This document shows positions 27,092 to 39,401 of a stretch of 64,000 bases of DNA, piece after piece. The notes below the pieces were generated by a model. The model was given only the letters and a program-made list of their open reading frames with translations. It ran no database searches and was not told the origin of the DNA. The stretch comes from a bacterium (GTDB lineage: Bacteria > Zixibacteria > MSB-5A5 > GN15 > FEB-12): the NCBI GenBank assembly GCA_016708025.1, contig JADJGQ010000003.1, positions 448,457-512,456 on the forward strand, in the 5' to 3' direction. A program made the translations under genes and the position numbers. How positions within the stretch are numbered: the first letter of the stretch is position 1; each line of letters opens with the position of its first letter.

Positions 27092-30000
27092 ACGTACCGA
27101 TTTGCACAAGATCCTCGTGATCGGATCCGGCCCGATCGTGATCGGACAGGCATGTGAGTTTGATTATTCCGGCACACAGGCTATCAAGGCGCTTCGCTCC
27201 GAAGGGATCGAAGTTATGCTGGTCAATTCCAACCCGGCCACCATTATGACCGACCCAGAGCTGGCCGACCGCACCTATATCGAACCGCTGACCGTTCCCT
27301 TCCTCGAAAAGATCATTCAGCGTGACCGTCCGGACGCCATTCTCCCAAGTGTGGGTGGCCAAACGGCGCTCAACCTCGCTCTTGCCCTGCATAAAGCCGG
27401 CATACTCGAGAAGTACAACGTCCAGTTGATCGGTGCATCTGCCGAGGCTATTCGCCTCGCCGAAGATAGAGAGCTCTTCAAGCAAGCGATGATCGAGATC
27501 GGTCTGGATGTCCCTCGTTCGTCGCTCGTCTCAAACCATGCACAGGCGAAAAGCTTCGCTAAACAGAACGGCTTTCCGATCATTGTCAGACCGAGTTTCA
27601 CGCTTGGCGGGTCCGGCGGCGGCATTGCTTACAATCTGGAAGAACTCGATTCGATCGTCACTCGTGGCTTCGCCCTCTCTCCAGTCGGACAAGTGCTGGT
27701 CGAGGAATCACTGCTTGGCTGGAAAGAATACGAACTTGAAGTTATGCGCGACTGCCGCGATAACTTTGTGGTTATCTGCTCGATCGAGAACTTCGATTCA
27801 ATGGGTGTCCATACCGGTGACTCTCTTACCGTGGCTCCCGCACAGACACTGACCGATAAGGAGTTTCAGCGGATGCGCGATGCCGCCGCCGCTATCCTCC
27901 GTCGTGTCGCCGTGGAAACCGGTGGTTCCAATGTTCAGTTTGGCGTCAATCCCCGCACGGGCCGACTGGTCGTGATCGAAATGAACCCCCGTGTTTCACG
28001 CTCCTCTGCACTCGCCTCCAAGGCGACCGGTTTTCCGATCGCCAAGATCGCCGCTAAACTGGCGATCGGTTATACCCTTGATGAGATCCCTAATGATATC
28101 ACGCGCAAAACTCCTGCCGCGTTCGAACCGGCGATTGATTATGTAGTCACTAAGATTCCGAAATTTGCTTTCGAAAAATTCCCCGGCGCCGATGCATCAC
28201 TTGGCATCCAGATGAAGTCTGTTGGCGAAGTGATGGCGATTGGCCGAACCTTCAAGGAGTCGCTCTTTAAGGCGCTTCGCTCGCTCGAGGCTATCAAGCC
28301 GTTTCGCCCCGGCGCAATGACGCGCGAGCAGTTCACCGCCGCCCTCGCCACCCCCAATGAAAACCGGCTACATTATATAGTACACGCGCTCGATGTCGGC
28401 TGGTCGGTTGACGAGGTCAACCGCCTCACGCAGATTGACCCCTGGTTTCTCGACCATGTCGCCCAGTTCGCGGAACTTCAGCGGCAGATCCGGGGTCGAA
28501 GCCTTGACTCGATTGAAAATACCGAGCTGAGTCTCGCCAAGAAATTCGGCTTCTCTGACCGCCGTATCGCCTATCTCACCAATTGCGACGAGGATCAGGT
28601 CCGTCAGCGACGCCACGATATCAATCTCCGCCCAGTCTTTAAACGAGTGGATACCTGCGCCGGTGAATTTGAGTCATTCACTCCGTATCTTTATTCAACC
28701 TATGAAACCGAGGATGAGTCTGAACCGACTGCCCGCAAGAAAGTAATGATCCTCGGTAGCGGCCCCAATCGTATCGGGCAGGGGATCGAATTCGACTACT
28801 GCTGTTGTCATGCATCATTTGCGCTCCGCGAAGCCGGTATCGAAAGCATCATGGTCAACTGCAACCCGGAAACGGTTTCGACCGATTACGACACAAGTGA
28901 CCGGCTCTATTTCGAGCCGCTCACTCTCGAAGATGTACTTGAGATATATGACAAAGAGCGCCCCGATGGCGTGATCGTTCAATTCGGCGGACAGACACCG
29001 CTTCGACTCACGATGCCGCTTGCCAACGCCGGCATTCCGATACTCGGCACGCCGCCGGATTCAATCGATCTCGCCGAAGATCGTGAGCGATTTGCGGAAT
29101 TCCTGAATAGGTTTAAGATCCGTCACCCGGATCATGCGATCGCGCGCACGATGGCCGAAGGTGATGCCGCCGCTCAAAAGCTCGGCTTCCCGCTTCTGGT
29201 CAGGCCGTCCTATGTCCTCGGCGGGCGTGGAATGGCGATCATCTATGGCATGGCGCAATTCCATGCCTATCTCGCCTCTGCCTTTGATGCCGCCCCCGGC
29301 CAGCCGATCCTGATCGACAAATTCCTGGAGGATGCCTACGAGTTTGATGTCGATGCTCTTTCCGATGGTAAGCAGTGCATTATCGCCGGGATCATGCAAC
29401 ATATCGAAGAGGCCGGCGTGCATAGCGGCGACTCAACCTCTGTTCTCCCTGCTTACATTAATGATGCCGCTCGCATGGAAGAGATTCGTCAGGTGACCCG
29501 TCAACTGGCTCGTGAACTCAAAGTGGTCGGCCTGATGAATATCCAGTACGCTGTCGCTGAGGGAGAACTGTATGTGCTGGAGGTTAACCCACGGGCCTCT
29601 CGCACTGTCCCGTTTGTCGCCAAGTCGACTGGTGTGCCGCTGGCCAAGATCGCTACTCGTCTGATGCTTGGACAGACACTCGCTGAGATCGGATTGACGC
29701 GTGACCTTGAAGTTGACCGCTTTTTCGTCAAATCGCCGGTCTTTCCATTTATCAAATTTCCCGGCGTCGATCCAAAGCTTTCCCCCGAGATGCGCTCAAC
29801 CGGCGAGGTCCTGGGCATCGGCGACAATTTCGGCACCGCCTTCTACAAAGCACAACTTGCTGCCGGAATCAAACTACCGCATGACGGCAAACTGCTGATC
29901 AGCGTCAATGATCGGGACAAAAAGGGGATAGTCGCAATTGCCCGACGATTCGCCTCGCTCGGCTTTTCGATCGTCGCAACCGGTGGAACCGCCGGTTTCC

Positions 30001-30302
30001 TCCGCGATATGGGGGTAGCGGCAGAGTCCGTCCTCAAGGTCAGCGAAGGTCGACCTAACTGCGTTGATATCATCAAGTCCGGCGATATCGGACTCGTCAT
30101 AAACACCCCACTGGGAGCAACTTCCGCCCAGGATGGCTGGTCGATCCGGACCGCTGCTATACAGAACGGCATCCCCTGCATCACCACCCTCTCCGGTGCC
30201 ACCGCCTCGGTCGAGGCAATTGCCGCTTTCCAGGAGGCAAAAATTTCCGTAGCTTCCCTCCAGGAAATACATACGGCCGCGACCGCCGAAATCGGCAAAT
30301 GA
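27084..30302 (+). CDS. carB: Carbamoyl-phosphate synthase large subunit
   Basis: 1072 aa with duplicated ATP-grasp halves ([24 protein letters not shown]... and [24 protein letters not shown]...) and a C-terminal MGS-like domain. Confidence 0.97.
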   Translation: MPKRTDLHKILVIGSGPIVIGQACEFDYSGTQAIKALRSEGIEVMLVNSNPATIMTDPELADRTYIEPLTVPFLEKIIQRDRPDAILPSVGGQTALNLALALHKAGILEKYNVQLIGASAEAIRLAEDRELFKQAMIEIGLDVPRSSLVSNHAQAKSFAKQNGFPIIVRPSFTLGGSGGGIAYNLEELDSIVTRGFALSPVGQVLVEESLLGWKEYELEVMRDCRDNFVVICSIENFDSMGVHTGDSLTVAPAQTLTDKEFQRMRDAAAAILRRVAVETGGSNVQFGVNPRTGRLVVIEMNPRVSRSSALASKATGFPIAKIAAKLAIGYTLDEIPNDITRKTPAAFEPAIDYVVTKIPKFAFEKFPGADASLGIQMKSVGEVMAIGRTFKESLFKALRSLEAIKPFRPGAMTREQFTAALATPNENRLHYIVHALDVGWSVDEVNRLTQIDPWFLDHVAQFAELQRQIRGRSLDSIENTELSLAKKFGFSDRRIAYLTNCDEDQVRQRRHDINLRPVFKRVDTCAGEFESFTPYLYSTYETEDESEPTARKKVMILGSGPNRIGQGIEFDYCCCHASFALREAGIESIMVNCNPETVSTDYDTSDRLYFEPLTLEDVLEIYDKERPDGVIVQFGGQTPLRLTMPLANAGIPILGTPPDSIDLAEDRERFAEFLNRFKIRHPDHAIARTMAEGDAAAQKLGFPLLVRPSYVLGGRGMAIIYGMAQFHAYLASAFDAAPGQPILIDKFLEDAYEFDVDALSDGKQCIIAGIMQHIEEAGVHSGDSTSVLPAYINDAARMEEIRQVTRQLARELKVVGLMNIQYAVAEGELYVLEVNPRASRTVPFVAKSTGVPLAKIATRLMLGQTLAEIGLTRDLEVDRFFVKSPVFPFIKFPGVDPKLSPEMRSTGEVLGIGDNFGTAFYKAQLAAGIKLPHDGKLLISVNDRDKKGIVAIARRFASLGFSIVATGGTAGFLRDMGVAAESVLKVSEGRPNCVDIIKSGDIGLVINTPLGATSAQDGWSIRTAAIQNGIPCITTLSGATASVEAIAAFQEAKISVASLQEIHTAATAEIGK

Positions 30303-30335
30303 CCGATTTATGAGCCGTTTCGGCGAAAGGACATT

Positions 30336-31589
30336 GTGACCACACCTACGCCAACTGGCTTCCATGGGCTGGGTATCGCCCCTGGTCTGCAACATGCTAT
30401 CGCAAAACTGAAATTCACCGAACCAACCCCCATCCAACGCAAGTCGATCCCGATCGCCCTTGAGGGGAAAGATCTGATCGCCGTCGCCCAGACGGGAACC
30501 GGCAAAACGCTGGGATTCGGCATTCCGATGATCCAGCGGCTCGCTCAGCTAAAAGGCCGCGGCCTCATCCTCGTCCCGACACGCGAATTGGCGATCCAGG
30601 TGGATGAATCTCTGATGGCGGTTGGACGCTCCGTTGGTCTTCGCACGGCCGTGTTGATCGGCGGCGTTTCGGAAGTCACCCAGAAAAAAGCGCTCGAAAA
30701 ACAGCCTCGCATAATTGTCGCCACACCTGGTCGACTGGTTGACCTGATGGAACAGCGAATCGTCAATCTGTCCAATATCGAGATACTCGTACTCGATGAG
30801 GCCGACCGGATGCTGGATATGGGCTTTGCCCCGCAACTTAACAAGATCATCCGCATGGTTCCCAAAGTGCGCCAGACCATGCTTTTCTCCGCGACCATGC
30901 CGCGCGAGATCGTTTCATTAGCGCAGCAACATATGAAGATCCCGATCCAGATCGAGATCGCCCCGACCGGATCGACTGCGGACAATGTCGAACAGGAAGT
31001 CTTCTTCATCGAGAAGGCCGCCAAAAGATATCTCCTTGAAGAACTGCTCAAGCAGTATCAGGGCTCGGTGCTGGTCTTCTCGCGAACTAAGCATGGCGCG
31101 AAGAAACTGACTCGCGACATTCGCGGTGCCGGCTTCTCGGCCGCTGAGATACACGCCAATCGTTCACTGGCACAACGACGCGAGGCGCTCGATGGATTCA
31201 AGTCCGGCAAGTATCGTGTCCTGATCGCGACGGATATCGCCGCTCGCGGGATCGATGTGATTGGAATTGAACTGGTCGTCAATTTTGATCTGCCGACCAA
31301 CACTCAGGACTATGTCCACCGCATCGGACGGACAGCTCGCGCCGGACGAGCCGGGAGAGCTATCTCATTCGCCACTTTCGATCAGCGTGAAGATGTTCGG
31401 GAGATCGAACGATTGATCCGCTCTGCTTTGGCGGTCAAACAGGTGCCGGCACTTCCATTTGATCGCGCTCCCCGGACGCAGGTCAAATATGAGTCGGAAG
31501 TAAGAACCAAGCCGAAGTCTGAGGGTCCGGCCTTTGGCCGCGCGCCGCGTCGCCCCACCGACCGTGAAAAACGGAGAAAGCTGCGCTAG
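30336..31589 (+). CDS. DEAD-box ATP-dependent RNA helicase with a basic C-terminal tail
   Basis: Q-motif TPIQ, AQTGTGKT, PTRELA, DEAD, SAT, HRIGRTARAGRAG. GTG start. Confidence 0.9.
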   Translation: MTTPTPTGFHGLGIAPGLQHAIAKLKFTEPTPIQRKSIPIALEGKDLIAVAQTGTGKTLGFGIPMIQRLAQLKGRGLILVPTRELAIQVDESLMAVGRSVGLRTAVLIGGVSEVTQKKALEKQPRIIVATPGRLVDLMEQRIVNLSNIEILVLDEADRMLDMGFAPQLNKIIRMVPKVRQTMLFSATMPREIVSLAQQHMKIPIQIEIAPTGSTADNVEQEVFFIEKAAKRYLLEELLKQYQGSVLVFSRTKHGAKKLTRDIRGAGFSAAEIHANRSLAQRREALDGFKSGKYRVLIATDIAARGIDVIGIELVVNFDLPTNTQDYVHRIGRTARAGRAGRAISFATFDQREDVREIERLIRSALAVKQVPALPFDRAPRTQVKYESEVRTKPKSEGPAFGRAPRRPTDREKRRKLR

Positions 31590-31600
31590 CCGCTTTCCCC

Positions 31601-34246
31601 TTACTTTATTGCCGCATCCCAGTTCAGCGTTACCAACGTTGAACTGGTGCTCTGATCCGACAACGGAATGTTCACCAGAAAACGCTGCCCATCCGCACTC
31701 ACCGCGTACCGGTGCTGAATAAGTCCCGCTCCATTGATCCGTTGATTGAACAACTTCTTCGGGACGCCGGCCTCAAAAGATCCCTTGTCTGTCACCACTG
31801 GGACCGCCACAAAATCTCCGCTGTTGTCATAGTAGAAGAGCTCTTTGCCATCGGCTCTCCAAGACGGCGCAAATCCAATATTCGCGGTGATCTGCCACTT
31901 GCCGCCGGTTGGCGAGTTCTCCCTTACATAAATCTCAAAGCGTCCTGACTCGTTGCTCTGATAAGCAATATATCTGCCGTTGGGGGAAAATCTCGGTCTT
32001 CGTTCCTGGTGTGGCGTACTCGTAAACTCAGTGAACTTGCCACTATCACCTGCACTGAGCAGCCAGATGTCCCATTCCCCTGACTGTTGCCCCACTGCGA
32101 TCGTGCGACCATCTCGCGACCAGTCGCTCGCACCTACATTCCCTCTGGTGGTAAACACAACGCGTGGTTCTCCGATACCATTCGCCTGTTGTTCCATCAG
32201 CTTGTACGTACCACCCGCATCATTGCTATACACGATCCTGTTCCCATCCGGGGACCATTTCGGCCAGACATCCGTGTCCGAGGAAAAGGTCAATCGAGTC
32301 GGAACCTCACGCACCAGATCGTACACCCAGATATCCTCAGCCTGACTTTGCTGATCGAATAATCCATAGGCCAGTCTCTTTTCATCCGGCGATAATTCAA
32401 TATCGCGGTATGGCGCTGACGGGCCGATCGTATCGATCGGCTTTCCATCTCGGTTGAACCAGACCAATTTCCCGGCATCCGCAATCGAGCCAACCTGATA
32501 CACCAATGTTCCGTTGTCGGCGACAGAAAACAGATATGCACCGAAAGCCTGGGCCACGCGCTCGGCTACCGGGACCGACTCGCCGACAATGTCCAATTTG
32601 TCCATCGAAAACGGCTGAGCCAAGAGCACGCCTTCCCGAATATGCAGAATGTACCCGGCCGCGCTGTAGTCGATTTGTGACGAAGTACGGAACAACTTCT
32701 TACCTTCCGAACCGTCGTTGGAACCAACACAGACCGTATAGATACCGCCGGATTGACTTGACGTGTCGATCTGAATCAGGTAGAGAAAGTGCTTTCCATC
32801 TGGCAGCGCACAGGGCCACGCATGCATCAGCTCCTTCTCGGTCTTGGAGAAAGTAGTCGCGGCGGTTGCGGTTCCGCCGCTCGCGGGTACCTTATGCAGT
32901 GAATCGCCGACATTATTATCAAAGATAATGTTCCCGTCTTTCCCCCATGTCCCGTCCGAGCCGGCTGCCTCGGTGATCAGTTGGGCGGGGCCACCGGTCA
33001 CCGCCATCTTCTTCAATTGTCTACCGACAAAGAACGCCAAATATTTACTGTCCGGCGACCAGAAAGGACGGCCAGCCCCCTCGGTTCCGGGAAGCTGGTA
33101 CAGATCCAGAGAATTCATCGGTCTGACCCAGATGGAGCGCACACTGTTCGAATCAAATGCCTGAACCGCCAGCATCTTCCCGTCGGGAGACAGCTTGAGC
33201 CAGTCAAAGCGCATCCCCGTGTAAGGACGCTCAATCGTGAACCGGTGGACTTCCTTCTCAGGTTCCTTTTGCATCAAGCGCATACCGAGCAGACCTAGCG
33301 CACTGACGATCGCCACCGCCGCCACGATCCAGCTCGCGTGCAAACGTCGGCGACGTTGTGCCACTACCGGCGCCGGGATACCGATCTGCGAACCACCCGA
33401 TGTGATCCAATTCAGTTCGCGCTTCAAATCCCCGGCCGACTGCCAGCGATCATCCGGCTCTTTCGCCAGACATTGCGTCACCACTCGCTCCAGCGTTGGC
33501 GGCGCCATCGGCTGGATCGCCGAGATCGGTCGCGGCTCTTCTTTCATGATCGATGCGATCAGACTCGCCTGGCTTTTACCTTCGAATGGACGTTTCCCTG
33601 TCGCCATCTCATAGAGCACGACACCAAACGAGAAAAGATCGGAACGGGCGTCCGCCTCTTTCCCTTCCAACTGCTCGGGTGACATATACTGGAATGTCCC
33701 GACGATCGTCCCTTCGGTTGTCAACGGCGACGAGGTCCGGGTCATCGAAAGATTGGTCACCGCGCCGGTCGTCTGAAATTTCGCCAATCCGAAATCCAGC
33801 AGCTTGGCGCCATTCTTGGTGATGATGATATTGGCCGGCTTGAGATCGCGATGAACCAGCCCCTGCTTATGCGCTTTATCGAGCGCATCGGCTATCTGCA
33901 TAGCGATCTTTAGCAACTCTGCCGTTTGCATCGGCCCCTTTTCCAGCACTTTGGAAAGCGACTCCCCTTCAAGATACTCCATCACCAGGTAGTCGATCCC
34001 ATCCTGCTGGCCGATATCGTAGAGCGCGCAGATATTCGGATGGTTGAGACTGGAGATCGCACGAGCCTCGCGGTCGAATCGCTGGCGAAGTTCCGGTGTG
34101 GCTGCCGTCTGGGAAGGAAGGACTTTGATCGCGACTATTCGATCGATCCGCGTATCTTTGGCCAGGTAGACCTCGCCCATACCGCCGGCACCAAGCGCCG
34201 ACTGAACTTCATATGGACCCAGCTTTTTTCCCAACAATTCAGACAT
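31601..34246 (-). CDS. Ser/Thr protein kinase, one TM helix, then a periplasmic TolB-like beta-propeller
   Basis: [33 protein letters not shown] helix [19 protein letters not shown]. Repeated SPDGK/WSPDG propeller motifs. Confidence 0.85.
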   Translation of the reverse strand: MSELLGKKLGPYEVQSALGAGGMGEVYLAKDTRIDRIVAIKVLPSQTAATPELRQRFDREARAISSLNHPNICALYDIGQQDGIDYLVMEYLEGESLSKVLEKGPMQTAELLKIAMQIADALDKAHKQGLVHRDLKPANIIITKNGAKLLDFGLAKFQTTGAVTNLSMTRTSSPLTTEGTIVGTFQYMSPEQLEGKEADARSDLFSFGVVLYEMATGKRPFEGKSQASLIASIMKEEPRPISAIQPMAPPTLERVVTQCLAKEPDDRWQSAGDLKRELNWITSGGSQIGIPAPVVAQRRRRLHASWIVAAVAIVSALGLLGMRLMQKEPEKEVHRFTIERPYTGMRFDWLKLSPDGKMLAVQAFDSNSVRSIWVRPMNSLDLYQLPGTEGAGRPFWSPDSKYLAFFVGRQLKKMAVTGGPAQLITEAAGSDGTWGKDGNIIFDNNVGDSLHKVPASGGTATAATTFSKTEKELMHAWPCALPDGKHFLYLIQIDTSSQSGGIYTVCVGSNDGSEGKKLFRTSSQIDYSAAGYILHIREGVLLAQPFSMDKLDIVGESVPVAERVAQAFGAYLFSVADNGTLVYQVGSIADAGKLVWFNRDGKPIDTIGPSAPYRDIELSPDEKRLAYGLFDQQSQAEDIWVYDLVREVPTRLTFSSDTDVWPKWSPDGNRIVYSNDAGGTYKLMEQQANGIGEPRVVFTTRGNVGASDWSRDGRTIAVGQQSGEWDIWLLSAGDSGKFTEFTSTPHQERRPRFSPNGRYIAYQSNESGRFEIYVRENSPTGGKWQITANIGFAPSWRADGKELFYYDNSGDFVAVPVVTDKGSFEAGVPKKLFNQRINGAGLIQHRYAVSADGQRFLVNIPLSDQSTSSTLVTLNWDAAIK

Positions 34247-34515
34247 CCGTACCTCAATAATGATGGAGTTTTGGATATTGGCGCTATGAGTAAGGGGTAA
34301 CCTAACCCGGTTCGAGAGGACAGAATAGAGTTATTCTATCCATATTGCAAGCGGTTTGTCAGAAGTGATGGAGCGACTTGTGCTCAGGTGAAAAAAAGCA
34401 CGAGCCCATGGACCAGTAGCTCGTCCGGAGAACCTGAGGATATGCGCTTGAGTAAGGTCTACCGGCCCGCTATCGCATCAGGCAACCCAACTGCAAGATT
34501 CGCCTGCTGAAGAAC

Positions 34516-36027
34516 TCACCTGACTCTGGCGATATCGCCGGCTGATCGACGTCGGGCACTGTCACTGATGACGGAATTATTCAGGTAAACCGAGATAGTC
34601 TCCCAGCCAGCCACCAGATCAATGTCACCATCGCCATCCATATCGACAGCCTCGACATCAAAGCAATCATGTGGCTCTTCAAGCTGCAAGGGAGCAGCAA
34701 ACGATCGTGGCCAGACCGCATTTAACAACAGAGTAATACCATTTATCGTCTCATTTGCCAGTGCCAGATCAATGTCGCCATCGCCATCCAGATCGGCGGC
34801 AGATATGGCGCGACACATACCGGTCGCACTGCACGTGTCCATGTACGGACCAAACCAACCGTACCCGGAACCATAAAGCACAGTCACCAATTCGGTGAAT
34901 CTGTTGGTAACCGCCACATCCGGGAACTCATCTTCGTTCAAGTTGGCAATGACAATCCCGTCCGGAATCTGCCCGGCCGACGGGCGCTGCACCTCATCAA
35001 AGCTCCCCAGGCTGTTATTGTGATAGACCGATATACTGGATGAATAGTAATTCGAGACTGCCAGATCAATGTAGCCGTCGCCGTCGAGATCCGCTTGAGC
35101 AATATTATAGGGGGCAATCCCCGTTGCATCCTGATCTGTCAACATAAACTGACCATTCCCGGCGTTCAGGTATATCTGCAAGCCGACTGAACTGCCAATG
35201 AGCGCCAGATCATTTCTTGAGTCGTTATTGAAATCTGCGATGGCCACACCATGCGGTCCATCAAAGAGGTACCATGCCGTGTCGATAACCAGCACACCCG
35301 GTGCTATCTGCGTGAAAATGAACAGAGAATCCAGATTAGAGCTGATGGTTACGATATCGAGGTCGTCATCACCATCCAGATCACCAACATCGCCATCGCC
35401 CATCATCCTGGTAAACGCTATCTCCGGTTGCGGTGTCAGCTGGCCATGTCCGTCATTGGTCAGAATACCGATTCCCTCCCAGTAATCGAATTTGACGACA
35501 TCGCTGTCGCCGTCATTATCTATATCAGCGACTTTGAAATTCTCGCTCCCATACGAGCTAGCGGTTCGCAACGGTTCAGCAAAGAGTGGCAACAGATGCG
35601 CGGAATCAAGGTTTGACAGCCCTGACTGATTTCCTACCTCATCCAATGCTCGTACGCAGAAAAAGTACTTGCTTGCAGGTAGGAGCGAAGTGAAGACAAA
35701 ATGTTCAGAGTCGCCGGGCTGGCTTGGCAGCGGCTCACCATCACAGAATAGAGCGTCATCCCAGGTGGCAAAGTCAACGATCGGAACGGTCGAGCATCGA
35801 ACGTCATACGATGTCGCTCTACCTTTCGATCCGTTGTCGCCGGTTGCTATCCAAGTCAGTCTGACCATGGCAGAACTGACCTGCACGGCTGAAAGACTGG
35901 TGATCGGATCCGGCGCCAGATTGTCGATTGCCGGTTTGTTGGGGCCACCATCGCATCCCGATAAGACGACAAAAATCGCCACAAGAAAGCTCGGTAACAA
36001 TTTTACAAATGTTTGCAGGTGCTGCAA
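34516..36027 (-). CDS. Lipoprotein with an N-terminal FN3-like domain and seven FG-GAP/VCBS-type repeats
   Basis: Lipobox VLSGC. Repeats include DIDNDGDSDVV, DLDGDDDLDIV, DFNNDSRNDLA, DLDGDGYIDLA, DLDGDGDIDLA and DMDGDGDIDLV. Confidence 0.75.
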   Translation of the reverse strand: MQHLQTFVKLLPSFLVAIFVVLSGCDGGPNKPAIDNLAPDPITSLSAVQVSSAMVRLTWIATGDNGSKGRATSYDVRCSTVPIVDFATWDDALFCDGEPLPSQPGDSEHFVFTSLLPASKYFFCVRALDEVGNQSGLSNLDSAHLLPLFAEPLRTASSYGSENFKVADIDNDGDSDVVKFDYWEGIGILTNDGHGQLTPQPEIAFTRMMGDGDVGDLDGDDDLDIVTISSNLDSLFIFTQIAPGVLVIDTAWYLFDGPHGVAIADFNNDSRNDLALIGSSVGLQIYLNAGNGQFMLTDQDATGIAPYNIAQADLDGDGYIDLAVSNYYSSSISVYHNNSLGSFDEVQRPSAGQIPDGIVIANLNEDEFPDVAVTNRFTELVTVLYGSGYGWFGPYMDTCSATGMCRAISAADLDGDGDIDLALANETINGITLLLNAVWPRSFAAPLQLEEPHDCFDVEAVDMDGDGDIDLVAGWETISVYLNNSVISDSARRRSAGDIARVR

Positions 36028-36146
36028 TTGGACCTCCCATACCTTAGATTCACCCGACTACTCTTCATAAGATACGCTTTGGTAGAGATTTTCGCCAGTG
36101 GCACGTGCAAGCGAGGAGCTAAAGAATCCCATTTTTACCGTGATTG

Positions 36147-36175
36147 TTGACTAAATTGACGATATTTGCTATTAT
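36147..36175 (+). promoter_or_regulatory. Sigma-70-like promoter
   Basis: TTGACT (36147-36152), a 17-nt spacer, then TATTAT (36170-36175), about 34 nt upstream of the ATG at 36209. Confidence 0.5.
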
Positions 36176-36208
36176 TACTACAACTTACTTAATGATGAGG
36201 CGACGGGA

Positions 36209-37399
36209 ATGGATAGATTGATTTACCTCGACAGTGGTGCCACCACCTTTCCGAAACCTGAAGAGGTCTACCAGGCGATTGATTTCACCTATCGGAACTA
36301 CGGGGTGAATCCCGGACGGTCCGGTTATGACCTCTGTATCGCTGCCGGAGAAGTAGTTGAAAATACGCGCAAGTTACTGACCAGCTTCTTTAACGGAACC
36401 GACCCGAATCGACTGACCTTCGCTTACAATGCGACCGACGCGCTCAATCTGGCTCTGTTCGGGTCTTTGAAATCGGGCGATCATGCCATCACCACCACCC
36501 TTGAACATAACTCGGTCCTCCGCCCCCTTTATCATCTCTGGCGGGATCATGGAGTCGAGGTTGACCATGTGCCGTTTGACAAAGACGGCTTTGTCTCCCC
36601 CGATGAGATCAAGAAGCTCTTCAAGAAAAATACCAAGGTCGTGGCCGTCAATCACGGATCGAATGTGATCGGAACGGTGCAGGATGTTTCTACAATCGGT
36701 AAACTCTGCCGCGAACGCGATGTCACTCTGATCGTTGATGTCTCCCAGACTGCAGGGAAGATCCCCATCGATATGCAGGCAATGAATCTCGACATCATCG
36801 CCTTCACTGGTCACAAATCGCTGATGGGGCCGATGGGGATCGGCGGCCTGTATGTGCGCGAGGGAGTTGAGGTTTGTCATACTCGCGCCGGCGGGACTGG
36901 CGTCCGGTCAGCTATCCGTTCGCATCTCGACGAATATCCGTACCGCCTCGAGTATGGTACGCCCAATCTCCTCGGCATCGCCGGTCTCCAGGCCGGCGTG
37001 AAATGGCTCCAAAAAGAGGGGCTGGAGAATATCGAACGGACCGAAACCAGGATGCTTCGATTACTCCGCGATGGCCTAAAGAAGATCGACGGAATCACAC
37101 TGTATTGTCAGGACGATCTGGCCAACCATATCGGGGTGCTGTCGTTTAATGTCGATGGAACTGAGGCGGCCGAGGTCGGCACAATGCTGGACGTTGACTA
37201 CAATATTGCCTGTCGAACCGGACTACATTGCGCGCCGATGGTTCATGAACAGCTCGGCACAGATAAAATTCACGGCTCGGTTCGTTTTGGGATCGGGCCA
37301 TTTACTGTTGAATCGGATATTGAAACTGCGGTCAGTGCGGTAGCGGAGATCACACAGATGAGACACGCTGTCGCCGCCAACGGCCGCCGGCATTCATAG
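36209..37399 (+). CDS. Class V aminotransferase-fold enzyme, cysteine desulfurase family
   Basis: IYLDSGATTFPKPEEVYQAIDF...GVNPGRSGY...FTGHKSLMGPMGIGGLY (PLP-lysine region)...RFGIGPF. Confidence 0.8.
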   Translation: MDRLIYLDSGATTFPKPEEVYQAIDFTYRNYGVNPGRSGYDLCIAAGEVVENTRKLLTSFFNGTDPNRLTFAYNATDALNLALFGSLKSGDHAITTTLEHNSVLRPLYHLWRDHGVEVDHVPFDKDGFVSPDEIKKLFKKNTKVVAVNHGSNVIGTVQDVSTIGKLCRERDVTLIVDVSQTAGKIPIDMQAMNLDIIAFTGHKSLMGPMGIGGLYVREGVEVCHTRAGGTGVRSAIRSHLDEYPYRLEYGTPNLLGIAGLQAGVKWLQKEGLENIERTETRMLRLLRDGLKKIDGITLYCQDDLANHIGVLSFNVDGTEAAEVGTMLDVDYNIACRTGLHCAPMVHEQLGTDKIHGSVRFGIGPFTVESDIETAVSAVAEITQMRHAVAANGRRHS

Positions 37400-37400
37400 A

Positions 37401-38741
37401 TCAGGCGGGCGGGTTCAATACCAGCGCGTCGGCCACCATCTCGGTGACGGTTTTTATATCAACACCGAGTTTGTAATGCTTGTTGAGTTCTGACAACTGA
37501 TCGATGCAGTTGTGGCACGGCGCAACGACCACCTTGGCGCCGGTCGCCGCGATCTGGTCTGCTTTCATTTGTCCGGCCTTGATTCGTCTTTCGGCGTAGC
37601 GAGTCATTGACAACTGCCCACCGCCGCCGCCACAGCAGAAATTCTTCTCCCGATTGGGATTCATCTCCACCAGATTCGAAACCGCCTGTCTCAAAACAAC
37701 GCGCTGTGGATCTACCACGCCGCCGAGCCGCCCGAGATTGCAGGGATCATGGAGTGTCACTGGCTTGGTGTGCTTGCCCGGATCGACCGTGATTTTTTTC
37801 TCTGCCAGCATGCGTTCCAATATATCGAGTATGCTGATCTCCGGAATCTCGTGAGGTTTCCCCCGCCACTCCGGTCCCTCCCATCGATTGGCATTAAAGC
37901 CGTGGCCGCACTCCCCGAGGATGATGGTTTTGGCGCGGAGTCGTATTGCTGTATCCTGGAGGCGTGAAGCGATCAGCGCCGATTTTTCATCATCACCACT
38001 GAACAGCCCATAATTGGTGACATCGTAGTTGTCCGATGCAAAAGTCCAGCTCACTCCGGCAGCATAAAAGATCTTTCCGGCCGCCAGTAACGAAAGCGGA
38101 TAGAATTTTGCTTCTCGTGGATTGATCGAATACAGGTAGTCGACATCCGTCTTATCCAATGGGAGCTCCGCGGTGGGGTCGCCTGTCTCTCCCTGTAATT
38201 CCTCGGTCAACCAGGCGATAGTATCGAGCCATTCCTCTTTCGAGATCCCCATATTATTGCCGCTATTGATCGCGGTGTCGACTGTCGATTGGAGCGAACT
38301 CGGAACCAAACCGGCCGATGCCAGCGCGGTACGTCCGCGGCGAATGATCTGGTGGATGCCGATTCCCATCGTGCAATTGAGCGTGCATCGCCCGCACAGA
38401 GAACAGCGACCATACAGCGAATCGACCCATGCGGCAACACTGCCGGCATCGAGTGGTCGCGCGCCAACCAGCTTCGGAAAGAACCTCCCCGCGACAGTAT
38501 GCCTGCTCTTATAGAAATCGGCTATCAACCCGGCCTTGTACGCCGGAATTGCCTCGTTCTCTGGATTGGTCAGGAAATAATGACAGCTATCGGCGCAGAG
38601 ACCGCAATGCACACAGGTCAGGATCTGCGAAACCAGTTCTCCATCGAGCGTTGCTTCCAGCGAAGCGATTATCTGGTTTAGCTGCTCGGATGTAGCCGGG
38701 CTGTCCAGTTTGCATGCGTTGACATCGGGTCCGCTGGTCAT
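37401..38741 (-). CDS. HdrD/DsrK-like iron-sulfur protein (two ferredoxin-type clusters plus CCG domains)
   Basis: CVHCGLCADSCHY and CSLCGRCTLNC (CX2CX2CX3C twice). CCG-type motifs HDPCNLGR and NFCCGGGGGQ...APCHNC. Confidence 0.7.
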   Translation of the reverse strand: MTSGPDVNACKLDSPATSEQLNQIIASLEATLDGELVSQILTCVHCGLCADSCHYFLTNPENEAIPAYKAGLIADFYKSRHTVAGRFFPKLVGARPLDAGSVAAWVDSLYGRCSLCGRCTLNCTMGIGIHQIIRRGRTALASAGLVPSSLQSTVDTAINSGNNMGISKEEWLDTIAWLTEELQGETGDPTAELPLDKTDVDYLYSINPREAKFYPLSLLAAGKIFYAAGVSWTFASDNYDVTNYGLFSGDDEKSALIASRLQDTAIRLRAKTIILGECGHGFNANRWEGPEWRGKPHEIPEISILDILERMLAEKKITVDPGKHTKPVTLHDPCNLGRLGGVVDPQRVVLRQAVSNLVEMNPNREKNFCCGGGGGQLSMTRYAERRIKAGQMKADQIAATGAKVVVAPCHNCIDQLSELNKHYKLGVDIKTVTEMVADALVLNPPA

Positions 38742-38744
38742 CTC

Positions 38745-39401
38745 TTATGCTCCTGCCTGATCATGTGGAAGCACCCCCCGGCGCCCGAAATACTTACCGA
38801 AAGTCACCCGGCTGACGAAGAAAAAGCAGCAATGCCGAATCTTCCCCAGTGGCAGGTAGAGCAGCAGCAGGATCGCACTGATATGCAGAAGCGGCGTCAG
38901 GTCTGGTTCATAGATTGCCACAGCAGCCGCCAGTAGAAAGATGTCGACCAGAAGATTGGCCAGGAAATCATCCGGATGGCTGATCGCCCGCAAGTACCGT
39001 GTGCTGATCCGCTTTATGAGTAACCCAAAACCAGTCAGACATCCTGCGATCACCGGCGCTACTAAAATTGCATTCCAGAATTGACCAGTTTGCGGAGGCG
39101 CGAGCGAAAGCAGAAGCAGCAGAAATGCTGCAAAGATCCCTATATGGTAGATCACTCCGGCGACATACGTCGCTATATGCTGACGCGCGGAATCTTTCTC
39201 CCACGGCATCATCCCTTCGACAAACGCATAGCGGATACCCGCGCTTTCACTCCCAACCGCTAGCGCATACGACTTTCTCTCTCCAAAAGAGCGAGCTTTA
39301 CGCAAAGCAAGGATCAGGCCGACCAGCGCAAATGCAAATGCGCCGATCACCGCATACTTCAGAAGAGAAAGTGGCCCAATCCATAGATCAGACACAGCCA
39401 T
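38745..39401 (-). CDS. Polytopic membrane protein, possibly a NarI/DsrM-like dihaem cytochrome b
   Basis: Start chosen at the ATG at 39401 (MAVSDLWIGPLSLL...), because the track ORF start would run through dsrC. About five hydrophobic helices. His pairs HIATYVAGVIYH and HISAILLLLYLPLGKIRH have NarI-like spacing. Confidence 0.45.
   Translation of the reverse strand: MAVSDLWIGPLSLLKYAVIGAFAFALVGLILALRKARSFGERKSYALAVGSESAGIRYAFVEGMMPWEKDSARQHIATYVAGVIYHIGIFAAFLLLLLSLAPPQTGQFWNAILVAPVIAGCLTGFGLLIKRISTRYLRAISHPDDFLANLLVDIFLLAAAVAIYEPDLTPLLHISAILLLLYLPLGKIRHCCFFFVSRVTFGKYFGRRGVLPHDQAGA

Noticed and set aside
34309-34316. GGTTCGAG, resembling a tRNA T-loop, in the 34247-34515 intergenic region
   Set aside because: I could not build a complementary T-stem, acceptor stem or anticodon arm around it.
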